From Eledone cirrhosa (taxonomy: Eukaryota): DNA of 64,000 bases. The position numbers were made by a program, and so were the translations under genes. Within the stretch, counting starts at the first letter, position 1. Each line of letters starts with the position of its first letter. Below the pieces are notes generated by a model. The model made no database searches, was not told where the DNA came from, and worked only from the letters and a program-made list of their open reading frames with translations. The DNA is taken from NCBI GenBank assembly GCA_964016885.1, contig OZ024741.1:227726001-227790000 (forward strand), given 5' to 3'. This document shows, one piece after another, positions 25,323 to 36,777 of this stretch.

Positions 25323-25365
25323 ACGGTGCTGACGATAGCTAATAAGCTTGAAACTAGTACATCGT
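25323..25365 (+). ncRNA. Intact minimal type I hammerhead, family D
   Basis: ACGGTG-CTGACGA-T-AGCT(aata)AGCT-T-GAA-ACTAGT-A-CATCGT; palindromic stem III, GUA site. Confidence 0.88.
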
Positions 25366-26173
25366 TCCTTTGTCAGTGTTGAACAAAAGAGCAACGATGG
25401 TTGCTAAACACTGTACGGCTTAATTCGGGATGTTTATTTACAAACAAACCGAGCATTATAATAAATGCTCGGTAAATCCATACGTACATATATATATATA
25501 TATATGTGCATGTATGTATATATACATACTACTATACATATATGTATGTACGTATACATACTTATATTTAAGTAACAGCCATACTAAGAGTGAGAAATGA
25601 AATTTCGTTTCATTTTTTCCATTTATCGTTTTCGGTGCGCCCGGCCGATTAACTCACTCGATATGGAAATTAGGCTGCTCATCCGTTAATATTCATAAGT
25701 AAAGTATATACTTTCAGACGCTCAATCATCGGGCAGGAAAGCAGGAATGTATACGGTGCTGACGATAGCTAATAACCTTGAAACAATTCATCGTTCGTTT
25801 GTCAGTGTTGAAAAAAAGGCCAACGATGGCTGCTAAACACTGTACGGCTTAATTCCGGATGTTTGTTTACAAACAAACCGAGCATTATAATAAATGCTCG
25901 GTAAATCTATACGTATATATATATATATGTGTGCATGTATGTATATATATATACATACTACTGTACATATATGTATGTACGTATACATACTTATATTTAA
26001 GTAACAGCCCTACTAAGAGTGAGAAATGAAATTTCGTTTCATTTTTTCCATTTATCGTTTTCGGTGCGCCCGGCCGATTAACTCACTCGATATGCAAATT
26101 AGGCTGCTCACCCGTTAATATGCATAAGGAAAGTATATACTTTCAGATGTTCAATCATCTGGCAGGAAGATAT

Positions 26174-26216
26174 ACGGTGCTGACGATAGCTAATAAGCTT
26201 GAAACTAGTACATCGT
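26174..26216 (+). ncRNA. Intact minimal type I hammerhead, family D
   Basis: Identical to 25323-25365. Confidence 0.88.
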
Positions 26217-26419
26217 TCCTTTGTCAGTGTTGAACAAAAGAGCAACGATGGTTGCTAAACACTGTACGGCTTAATTCGGGATGTTTAGTTACAAACAAAC
26301 CGAGCATTATAATAAATGCTCGGTAAATCTATACGCACATATATATATGTGTACATGTATGTATATATATACATACTACTGTACGTCTGTATACATATAT
26401 GTATGTACGTATACATACT

Positions 26420-26478
<59 letters not shown>

Positions 26479-26480
<2 letters not shown>

Positions 26481-29203
26481 CGAAGGAAATGTGGTAAGGA
26501 ACCAGGTGGACCATAACGCACCAAAGTACTCAATACTTAGGGTAGTAGATCGGGTAATAGGAACGAGTAGGACCCCGACGGCTGAGCTCAAGCCGTTTCA
26601 ACGGCTAATTCTGGACCAAATGAAAATTTTTATCCTGGTATTTGAATAGCCGAGCTTCTCAGGGGGTAATTCCATATATGGTAAAAGTGATTGTCACAAG
26701 GATTGGTCAACAGTTTGTTGTTGAGACATAATAATTCTATTGTACCGCATAATAATTATATCGTACCGTGATTATGGGCTCCTTACCCTTAAAGGGTACA
26801 ACCCCAGTAGTACAGATCGGATCCGTAAACAATTAATCAGCTTCTTCCGCGACTGAGGATTTAAAATAACACAACAAACGTACCTGACCCGAGTTAACTT
26901 CCTGGACGTTACCCTTGACCTCGATAATGATCTGTACTACCCATACAGGAAACCTAACGACAACCTGCACTACATCCACCGACGGTCAAACCATACTAGG
27001 AACATTACCAATAACCTGGTTAAAAACATCTCCCTCCGCATATCTCGTTTGTCAGCTAATGAGCAGATATTCGAGGAACATGCGCCTTACTACAACCAGG
27101 CCCTCAAGCGGAGTGGTTTCCGGGAGGAAATATCCTACTGTCCAGCTTCTATTAGCGGAACCAGAAACGTAACATGGTTAAATCCTCCCCACAATGCCGA
27201 GGTGACATCTCCTATCGGGAAAACCTTCTTTAGGCTCATTGAAAAACACTTCCCACTACAACACCGCTACCACAACATAATTAACAAAAAATACCATCAA
27301 ACTCTCCTACAGCACCACACCAAACTTTGCACAAAACATCGTCTCCTCTAACAACAAAAAACTCAACCCCTATGGAAGAAATAACCTAAATAGCAGTGGA
27401 GAGCCGACCAGGAGGTGCAACTGTCCTGATGGATCCATTTTCCCCCTCGACAACAGATGCAGATATCGTAATGTGATCTACCAGTGCAACGTGAGGACGG
27501 ACACCTCCAACAAAGCCCATATAGGATTAACCGCATGTGACTTCAAGACCCGGCTATACCAATACAGACATACCTTCCGAAACCCGGCCCGGCGTCACGC
27601 CACTACACTTTCGGGCCACATATGGGACCTCAAGGATAACAATATTACCTATGATCTCACTTGGAGCTTACGGTCCAGAGCCAACTCTTACACGGGAGGA
27701 CGCCGTCCGTGCAATATATGCTCTGAGGAAACTTTACAAATGCTGTTTTCGACGGAGCAACTCCTAAACAAGAAAGATGAACTGGTAACTGCATGTAAAC
27801 ACCGATTGCGTAGGACTTACCTCGCCCTCAAACTCCAAAATGACCGGGGGGGGGGTAGACTAGGGCTATAACACCCCACTTGCCGAATTTGTATTGGGTA
27901 ACCCCTGCTTGCAAAGGTAGACCTGGGATCTTCTTCTATATCTTTTTATCACTTCCTCTATATTTCCTTCTTCCCCCATCCCTCCCTAGTCCTCCCACCC
28001 CAGTCCTCTTTCTTTGTCGTCGTCCTTTTACTTTCTCGCCCACCCGAGGCAGCCCCTCGGACCCTTGTAGCCTCAGTACCCCCACCCCTTCCCCTATTCT
28101 ATGATAGATTTGGCCGACTCCGCTTTTTATAGCAGATGTGTTAGACCCCGGATACTAGCCTTCTTATCCGATGGCTGCCCCTTTTCCGTGCTTTCTATAT
28201 TTCTTAGTGGTATCATTGCTTTAATTTCTCGTATATCAGTATTTATTTATTTATTAAATATTTTTTTGGGGGGGGGGGGGGGGATTCTGAATTAATTTTC
28301 CGTATCAAATTTTACATATACTTCGTACGAGCATTTATGTAGTTTGCACTAGAATGTTTGTATCGTGGCAGCACCCTTAGAGATAGTATTAGTATTCTTT
28401 TTCGGGATTCTGAATTATTATTTCGTATTAGTTTATTTTTTTTGCACTGGGTGGTTGCTGGCCTTGTGCCTGGGGTAGAAACCTTTATTTCGTACTGGTC
28501 TCGGGACTCTGATTTATTATTTCGTGGTAGTTTCTTTAGTATTTTGGCCCCCCATTTGTTGACCCGTCACCGTAAGATATATTCGGTTGTTTACTTATAC
28601 CTCTTAAAAGGGTCTCATTATAATTCCGTCCCACCTAGTAAACCTTTCTTTAGTCTAGCAGTACCAGTGAGAGACTTGATAGCTGTCCTTAGGTTATAGT
28701 AACCAGAAATTGTTTTTTTCTTTACATTTAATTGTTTTTTAACACTCCCGGTATTTTTCTATATATTTACCCCATATTGTTTTACTTATTGTTTCGACTT
28801 CCTCCCCTCCCCTAGTATCTTCTTTGACCTCTTGCCCAGCCGTAGTTGGCACTATCAACGCACGACTGGGTTTCCTCCACCCCCTCTCCCTCTTTCTTCT
28901 ACAGGCAGGTTCAGCTACCCCTTCCCTCCACAAATTACCATGATAGAATTATTATGTCTCAACAACAAACTTTTGACCAATCCTTGTGACAATCACTTTT
29001 ACCATATATGGAATTACCCCCTGAGAAGCTCGGCTATTCAAATACCAGGATAAAAATTTTCATTTAGTCCAGAATTAGCCGTCGAAACGGCTTGAGCTCA
29101 GGCGTTGGGGTCCTACTCGTTCCTATTAACCACTCTACTACCCTAAGTATTGAGTACTTTGGTGCGTTATGGTCCACCTGGTTCCTTAACACATTTCCTT
29201 CGT
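26479..29203 (+). mobile_element. 5'-truncated Naiad-like PLE with about 260-bp inverted pLTRs (family A parent)
   Basis: 26479-26740 is the reverse complement of about 28943-29203. Interior 26765-27871 encodes YRD., NFLDVTL, SNH, WLNPPH, CNC..C, VIY..HIG..CNICSEE..LLN..CKH. Flanked by (TA)n. Confidence 0.92.
29016..29111 (+). ncRNA. Type I hammerhead, family A (CUGAGAA core, long stem II); mirror copy at 26572-26667 (-)
   Basis: ACCCC-CTGAGAA-G..CGGCTATTC..GAATTAGCCG.C-GAA-ACGGC(TTGAGCTCA)GCCGT-C-GGGGT (consensus of both arms). Confidence 0.7.
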
Positions 29204-29427
29204 TATATATATATATATATATATATATTTTTTGTGTCTATATTGTATGTGTATGTATATTGTATCTGTATTATTTTTGACCGCCGGTCAGTCAATGGCA
29301 ACATTGAGGACCGAGTAAGTTAGATCGCAGATATAAAAGACAGCGAGAAGCGAAAACCAACCAAACAGTGAGTGTGTTCTGTTATTAATTCTGGCAATAT
29401 TACGCAAATATGACCCTCCCCAAATAT

Positions 29428-29488
<61 letters not shown>

Positions 29489-29577
29489 TATGTATACGTA
29501 CATACATATATGTATACAGACGTACAGTAGTATGTATATATATACATACATGTACACACATATATATATATATATAT

Positions 29578-30141
29578 GAAGACAAACATAGAATATTCGA
29601 AAATATTCTGTATGTTTATAATAAACATTTTGAAGACCCAATCGCTATAGAATAGAATACGTCACGTATTACAATTTGAGATTCTCGATAAAAGCAAGGG
29701 AAGTAATCTACGCGTTTCATTCTTGTTAGAAATCATCAGGATTACATATCCAATGCTTTTATCGAGAACGACACAGCTAGAGACTTATAGAATACTTAGC
29801 TGTATACAGGAACTGGTTTGAAAGAGCGGTAGCCGGTCCGGCAGAAATTAGAATTTGGATTTAATGCTCTGAAATAGCGATATATATGTGAAGACAAACA
29901 TAGAATATTCGAAAATATTCTGTATGTTTATAATAAACATTTTGAAGACCCAATCGCTATAGAATAGAATACGTCACGTATTACAATTTGAGATTCTCGA
30001 TAAAAGCAAGGGAAGTAATCTACGCGTTTCATTCTTGTTAGAAATCATCAGGATTACATATCCAATGCTTTATCGAGAACGACACAGCTAGAGACTTATA
30101 GAATACTTAGCTGTATACAGGAACTGGTTTGAAAGAGCGGT
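29578..30141 (-). repeat. 312-bp tandem repeat (about 1.8 units), each unit with an intact HHR (family I; 29703-29745 and 30015-30057)
   Basis: GTAATC-CTGATGA-T-TTCT(aaca)AGAA-T-GAA-ACGCGT-A-GATTAC, enclosed by outer stem TTCTCGATAAAAGCA/TGCTTTTATCGAGAA. Confidence 0.9.
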
Positions 30142-30158
30142 ATATTCCTATATATGTT

Positions 30159-30190
<32 letters not shown>

Positions 30191-30191
<1 letters not shown>

Positions 30192-33089
30192 TAGCAGAGT
30201 TACCAGGCGTTGCCCGGTATAACTCTCAATGGAGTAGTCGTTCAAATGAACCGAAAAACGTCCGTTAAACACGACTATAGAAGTAACAATTCATAGGCGT
30301 TGGCCCTAAAGAGGGCCTTTGAACGTTGGTTTTGAAATATCTCTGCGGCGGTGCTGCCAGCAAAGACGAATCCGATGGTAGCAATTTAAAGTTGGTGGCC
30401 CTAAAGAGAGCCTTGGATCGTTCAATCTTAAAAGTCTCAGCGGTGGAGCTGCCAGTAAAGACGAATCCAGCGATAACAATTTATAGTTGGTGGCCCTGAA
30501 GAGGACCTTTTAACGTTCATTTTGAAATATCTCAGCGGAGGTGCTGCCAACAAAGATGAATCCGATGGTAACAATTTAAACTTGGTGGCCCTGAAGAGGG
30601 CCTTGGATCGTTCACTCTTAAAAGTCCCAGCGGCAGAGCTGTCAGCAAAGACGACTCCGATTAGAGGTGGTGGCCCTTAAGAAGTCCTTCACACTACTTT
30701 GGTGTGTCGTATTTGCTTTGCTTGTTATTTGAGATATCCTAGAAAAGCATGTAACAGTCGGTAGCCACAAAAACGGCTTTGGCAAGATCATGCTGGAATG
30801 TCAAAAAAATGTGTAAATAAGATGTAGGGAAAAGTAGATTAATTAGGTTAAAACTACGGAACATCGATAGCAAAGCGTAATAACAACATATAAATGCGGA
30901 AAACGGAGACTTTGAACATTTATAACGTATAGCAAAAGCAACCTCAGCGGCGTACGTGGTATTGTCAAAAAGACAAAAATAGCACACTGATACAGCAAAT
31001 GTAAGCACTTATACAAAAAAAAAACAGCGATTACTTGTTGGCGGATGGGGTGCCTACAAAACTTCCTTATAGACTATATTTTGGGTTTTCTCGCGAGTTG
31101 CAAAAGCAAATAAGTTATGTCGGCTCCCCACTTGAGAGCAACCAACATATAGTTGACCATGGGAGAAGCACGGTTCTTCTAAATTAAGCACTACGACCGT
31201 CAGCGTCTGACCCTGTGATTTGTTAATCGACATGGCGAAACTGAGCCAGAGAGGGAATTGCAGCCTTCTGAATGTGAGAGAATGTCTTTACCGGATGGAA
31301 TGAGAGGAATCCTTGGTATGAAGACAGTATCCCCCTTACCACATCCTGTAAGGATTGTTGCCGCAATAACATGAGGCATCGCCTTTTGGACGTCCAGACG
31401 CGTGCCGTTGGAAAGCCTTCGGGGTTCCAAATTCCTGAGGAGCATGACAGGGGCACCTTTCTTAAGTCGCAGTAAGTATGGTGGCAATCCGGGAGGGTCT
31501 AGGGAGTTAAGAAATTATGTGGGGTAATTAACAACTTCGTCCGGATCAGCCATAGGGTCAAGGTACTTGTAGACGTGCAGGTTTTCAGGCAAGGGGTCGT
31601 AGTTAAAGGCCTTCAACAACCATCGTGAATTGGAAGTCCTAGAAATGCCACGTAACGATGATCGCCGCTGTTCACTTTGCAGAAGCCGGCCACGTCGTTG
31701 CTCTATGGATTCAGTATTTCGTGCAGCTGCAGTGGCAGCGGCGTCCCTGCTTCGTCGAACGGTGTGTCGTCCTTCATCCTCTCGAGCGCGAGCAGCGGCT
31801 GTTGCAGTGGCGTCCCTGCTTCGTCGAACGGCGCGTCGTCTTTCATCCTCTCGAGCGCGAGCAGCGGATGTTGCAGTGGAGTCCCTGATTCGTCGAACGG
31901 CGCGTCGTCCTTCATCCTCTCGAGGGTAAGCAGTAACAGTCGCGGCAGCATCTTTGTTCCGTCGAAGTTCACGTTGACTGTCATCCTCCTTCGCTCTTGC
32001 AGCTGCTGTCTGCACAGCATTCTGTGAGAGTCTGATCGCAGTCGCATTTACATCTTCGACGAGACGCCTTCGCTTAGACCTACTTGCATCATTAGATAAT
32101 CGACCAATGAAAGTTCTTTTCTTGGGAGCATTGTTGTTTTTAGAAAATTAAGCAGGGAGAACGATAAATAGTGGACAAATAACGTTTAAGTAAGCAAATC
32201 TAAACACGGATATAAATTGTGAAAAAATGTGATAAATCTATGTGGTCTGAGAAAGTGGGTATGTTTTGCAAGATTTTGTGAACCAGTCAAATTTCAGGTT
32301 TTAAGTTAGGGGCAACGCAGTGTACGGAAATTAAAAGGAAATTAAATAATGTGGCTACAGTGGTAGGTATATAAGTGTTAGTATGTTTGTTCAGTTCGAA
32401 CATAGCAATAAGTAAGTACTAACCATTGAAAGGGTACAGGCAAAAATGGCCGAAAAATCACAGCATGATAATCTGGAACCTTATGACCATAAACACATTA
32501 ACTAAACTTCCTTTAAGATGGCAAATGTTGAAGAAGCATGCGTTTCAGAAACATGGGGTAGGTTATACAGTGAGTGTTAATGTGAACTTCAATAGATAAG
32601 TCGAAGGGGTTTATTGCCCCCTCCCCCCCCGGGATCCCCTTGATAAGTTCAAGTAAACGTTCATGTGTTCACCTTCATTTATAAGCCATGGGTAACCAGT
32701 ACTTCTAGCTTCGTGAAAACCAAACACCAATTCAAGCAGTTATGACGTTTTGTTGCATTGATGATATCAACTTCAACATTCACCAAGTCGGTTTACTGCC
32801 CCCCAAGGGGTCCCCTACCTTAATTTCTGCGCAAGTGCATAAGCAAACAAAAGATTAATTTTGGTGAAGATGGGAGGCAAACTGCAGGAATTATGGGGCC
32901 TTTATACAGTAGTACTGCTGACTCCAAGCGAGGACCCCACAATCGATGTACGGAAAAATAAAATAGCCTACGACGCGTAATAGGACTTCAGAAACCTATG
33001 TATGAAATTTGGTGCAAATAAGTTGTAAAATATAGCAATGCATGTGCTTACACAGACAGACATCTTCTGTTTCATATATATATATATGA
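30191..33089 (-). mobile_element. Internally deleted Helitron
   Basis: 3' end CCGGGCAACGCCTGG hairpin then CTAG|T at 30191. PIF1 helicase C-terminus at about 31065-31560 ([27 protein letters not shown]; [18 protein letters not shown]; FSHGQLYV). N-terminal 20-aa repeats at 31515-32131. 5' TC-(AT)n..GTCTGTCTG is approximate. Confidence 0.9.
30298..30690. repeat. About 95-bp subterminal minisatellite in the Helitron
   Basis: TGGCCCT(A/G)AAGAGGGCC-like motif recurs near 30301, 30396, 30491, 30586 and 30671. Confidence 0.8.
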
Positions 33090-33531
33090 AAATAGAGAAA
33101 TTAATGTGAGCAAGAAGCCAACAGTAATTCATACATTTTAGTGACTATTACGTTAAGATGGAAAATATTTAACGTAAGATATGGGAAAATAATTCAATCC
33201 CAATCTCAAAAAGGGTCAAGACAAAGATTTTATCCACAGATTTTGTGTAATCCAGGGAAAAAAACCAATAGAGTCTTAACTCAGAATAAAATTAAGAGTA
33301 AATACTTATCCTTCAATTTGGAAAAATCTACAAATGCTCTATATAGTCTTAAAAAGACTATTTCACGAAACTTTTCAGTGGTGTTAGTCACGGTTGGAAC
33401 CGTTCATCAGTAGAGTTCAACACGATACCCAAAATATCACTGCTAAAATATGCCAGAAAGGAAATTTAAAAGCAGGCTAGTTACACCTCGTGTGGAATTA
33501 AGATAATAAACACACATGGAGAATATATATA

Positions 33532-33725
33532 ATAGTAGAACACTCGCGGATATATCCGTAGTCGTAGAACACTCAGTCCAAGGGACGAGTTTGGTAGAAA
33601 TAGTTCACTTCACCATACCGAGAAGAAATGTTTCACCTTATGCGGATCCTTTCAGATAGAGCTGAAGATCCGCATAAGGTGAAGCATTTGTTCTCGGTAT
33701 GGTGAACTAACTGTTGTGGAACTAC

Positions 33726-33730
<5 letters not shown>
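33532..33730. mobile_element. Head-to-head fold-back of family B pLTR ends with two decayed HHRs
   Basis: 33609-33655 is inverted against 33662-33707; homologous to 3846-3981. Confidence 0.8.
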
Positions 33731-33762
<32 letters not shown>

Positions 33763-33769
<7 letters not shown>

Positions 33770-34036
33770 ATTAAGTCAAATATGTAAAATTTGGCTACGT
33801 TTATTATAAATTATAGATATACTGCTATATATATTTCGGTGACAGCCATCATTGGCTGTGACCTCTTCAGGCAGTCCAAATTGGTTTGGAAAAGACAGGT
33901 ACACATGTTCCAAACGAATTCAGACTGCCTGAAGAGGTTACAGCCAATGATGGCTGTCACCGAAATATATATAGCAGTATATCTATAATTTATAATAAAC
34001 GAAGCCAAATTTTACATATTTGACTTAATTATTTTA
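33763..34036. mobile_element. About 274-bp palindrome with an HHR in each arm (family J; 33821-33875 minus, 33924-33978 plus)
   Basis: ACTGC-CTGAAGA-GGT.ACAGCCA(atga)TGGCTGT.ACC-GAA-ATATATAT-A-GCAGT, then AATAAA at 33994. Confidence 0.88.
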
Positions 34037-34137
34037 CATTACTCCGGAGTAAACAAACCAACCTGTGTACTTCGTCGAGTGCTACAATCTGTATGTGTCG
34101 GTAATCTGAGGTCTCGGTAAACAACCAACATATACTC

Positions 34138-34215
<78 letters not shown>

Positions 34216-34337
34216 GAGAGAGAGAGAGTTGTTGTAGGGTTGCAAGTAAATGCGTCCGTAGGCGGTATGCCGGTTGAGCAATCGATGCTCGCGCAGAGTA
34301 GAGTATACTATTATAGCTGAGATGTTTGAACATACAA

Positions 34338-34430
34338 GACATATCTGAAGACCCTTCGAATGCAGAGTCGTGTTTGATTTCTAACAGAACTTACTTCGAG
34401 CTGATCGACGAGAAACATATGTAATATGTT
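34338..34430 (+). ncRNA. Type I hammerhead with imperfect long stem II (family K)
   Basis: GACATAT-CTGAAGA..GAA-ACATATGT-A-ATATGTT, immediately followed by AATAAA. Confidence 0.7.
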
Positions 34431-34467
34431 AATAAATTGTGGTTTGAAGCATTACTGATTCCTCGTT

Positions 34468-34518
<51 letters not shown>

Positions 34519-34848
34519 AATATCTTTAAGTCGTTTGGAAGCCTCGACAATGCAAATGGGTAAATCTCCGGGTAACAAGATCCGGTGGTGGAGAGAGAGA
34601 TGTAAGTGGGTGTACGTTGAGATGCGTGGTGTGTATAAGATGTGTAGAAGAATGAAGGAAAGAGTATAAAGGATAAAATAAAAATAACAACACGAGAGAG
34701 AGTTACCTTGGGAGAGATTTAATTGTCCCTATATATTTCGGATTCACATCCATCAACTGGGGTTTTTTCCGGGGTGGGGGAAAGGTTGTCTGTCGGACAG
34801 GTGCGAAACGCCTCCTCCGCTGTTTGTTGTTTTGAATATCACCAATAT

Positions 34849-35640
34849 TCAAATATATAGGTTTTGTCTTAGTAACTTTGTGGTTCAATGCAAGGGGATG
34901 CAGAACAATTATATGAAAGCCGTAAAATAAGAAAATTATAAAAATTAACTTACTTACTAAAATTTTACTCCAACTAATTAGTTTTTGAAAGGGAATAAAC
35001 ATGGTTTCCGAATGGAACATGGAGAATACATTTCGTCATCAGGATTCAATTCTCAGCTAAGTTCCCAGGCGATGCGTGGACACAGGGAACTTATACAAAA
35101 ATAATTCAGTGGATGGACAAAAGCAAGCGGGGACTAAATTCCAGGACATTGAAACAATCACTGCCTACTTGGTCGGTGGCAAATTCAAAAGAATCAATCA
35201 CGGTGACATCGAGGTTAATCAGTGAGGAGTGGGGTGTTAATAAGACAGTAGCCTGACTATTACTATGAACTATAGTAGCAGTTTTGGCAAATTTTTGCTC
35301 AACAAAACAATTTGCAGATAATTATAAAGAATTAGTATATCTACCAACATATATATACAGATGCATACCTATGTTAGCAAATATATAGGTTTTGTCTTAG
35401 TAACTTTGTGGTTCAATGCAAGGGGATGCAGAACAATTATATGAAAGACGTAAAATAAGAAAATTATAAAAATTAACTTACTTACTAAAATTTCACTCCA
35501 ACTAATTAGTTTCTGAAAGGGAATAAACATGGTTTCCGAATGGAACATGGAGAATACTTTTCGTCATTTGGAAGTCAATTCTCAGCTAAGTTCCCAAGCG
35601 ATGCGTGGACACAGGGAACTTATACACAAATAATTCAGTG
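34849..35640. repeat. About 260-bp direct repeat pair (34849-35110 and 35379-35640)
   Basis: CAAATATATAGGTTTTGTCTTAG..AATAATTCAGTG occurs twice, about 530 bp apart. Confidence 0.85.
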
Positions 35641-35665
35641 TGTGTGTGTGTGTATTAAGGTAGAA

Positions 35666-35829
35666 TAATTGTTTCTACTTTAGGCACAAGGCCAGCAATT
35701 ACCCAGTGCATTACTGGCACTTTCTTTTATCAACCCCGTAAGGATGAAAGGCAAAGTCAACCTCGGCGGTATTTGAACTCAGATCGTAAAGGGACGTAAC
35801 TATGCTGGAAAGCATGGCGTCCGACCCTA
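35666..35829 (-). mobile_element. tRNA-derived SINE
   Basis: Same family as 14891-15078. Confidence 0.85.
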
Positions 35830-36064
35830 GAATAATACGCGTGAAACAGTATAGTAAAAGACCCATTTAATTTAATGTTTCATTGATTAGAGCATTCTAT
35901 GTAAAACTACTTAATTCGTCAATTTTCCTGGATCTTCTCCCTCTCGTTTCCCTATTTCATTTTACATTCATTTAAATCAATTACAATAATTTCTAACATC
36001 ATTTTTTAAATCAATATCAATCATATCTCCACTAAATTACGATGACTTTGTTCTGCTTCAGCAG

Positions 36065-36141
<77 letters not shown>

Positions 36142-36544
36142 GATCGATCTATCTATGTAGCTATCATCTTTGGACTACTTTGTCGTTGATGTTATCGTTT
36201 TAATAGTTTGAAGACAGATATATGGGTAAATATACATAAATAGATAGCTATAGATAGATAAATAGATAGATATGTAGGTAGGTAGGCTGTTAGGTAGATA
36301 GGTAGTTATGTAGGTAAGTAGGTTAGGTGGTAGATAGGTGGGGTGGTAGGTAGATAGGGAAGTAGGTAGTTAAGTAGGCAGGGAGATAGATAGAGATATA
36401 GAGTGATATAGAGAGATAACATGATTGCTAAATTGATAGAGAGATAGAGAGATAGAGAGAGAGATAGAGGGATAAACAACTAGAAGGGAAGATAGATAGA
36501 TAGATGAATACGTAGGTAGATAGATAGGTAGATAGATAGATATA
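36065..36544. repeat. (TATC)n and degenerate (TAGA/TAGG)n tracts
   Basis: Directly visible. Confidence 0.85.
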
Positions 36545-36777
36545 TTTCTTTATTTGCCACAAGGGCGCACAAGAAAAGGGGACAATACAAAGACATGCAG
36601 TGGATTTTACATACAGTCGTGTAAAAAATGTAAAACAAACAATTGCAACAATCGAAATCCCCAATAAGGGGGAAGCGCCACAAATGGGTTGTTTAATACC
36701 CCGTCGATAGAACAACCCTCAACTCCAGGAGCGTGTTGTGCAAGTGCTCCTTTCAGCCTTTTGCTCTCTTCTTTAAC

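Larger units (their letters stand above)
23730..26422. repeat. Tandem array of about 425-bp HHR-containing monomers (family D); minus sense to about 24390, then plus sense
   Basis: HHRs at 23993-24032(-), about 24393-24425 (partial), about 24900-24941, 25323-25365, 25753-25794 and 26174-26216; spacing 420-430 bp; no coding capacity. Confidence 0.9.

Noticed and set aside
29236-29431. Possible solo LTR (TATAAAAG, ends in TAACA)
   Set aside because: No second copy, PBS, PPT or TSD visible.
23730-30690. CRISPR-like array
   Set aside because: Whole units repeat with no unique spacers, no cas genes, eukaryotic context.
35020-35050. CTGATGACGAAA on the minus strand
   Set aside because: No stem II, and the motif is absent from the sister repeat at about 35560.
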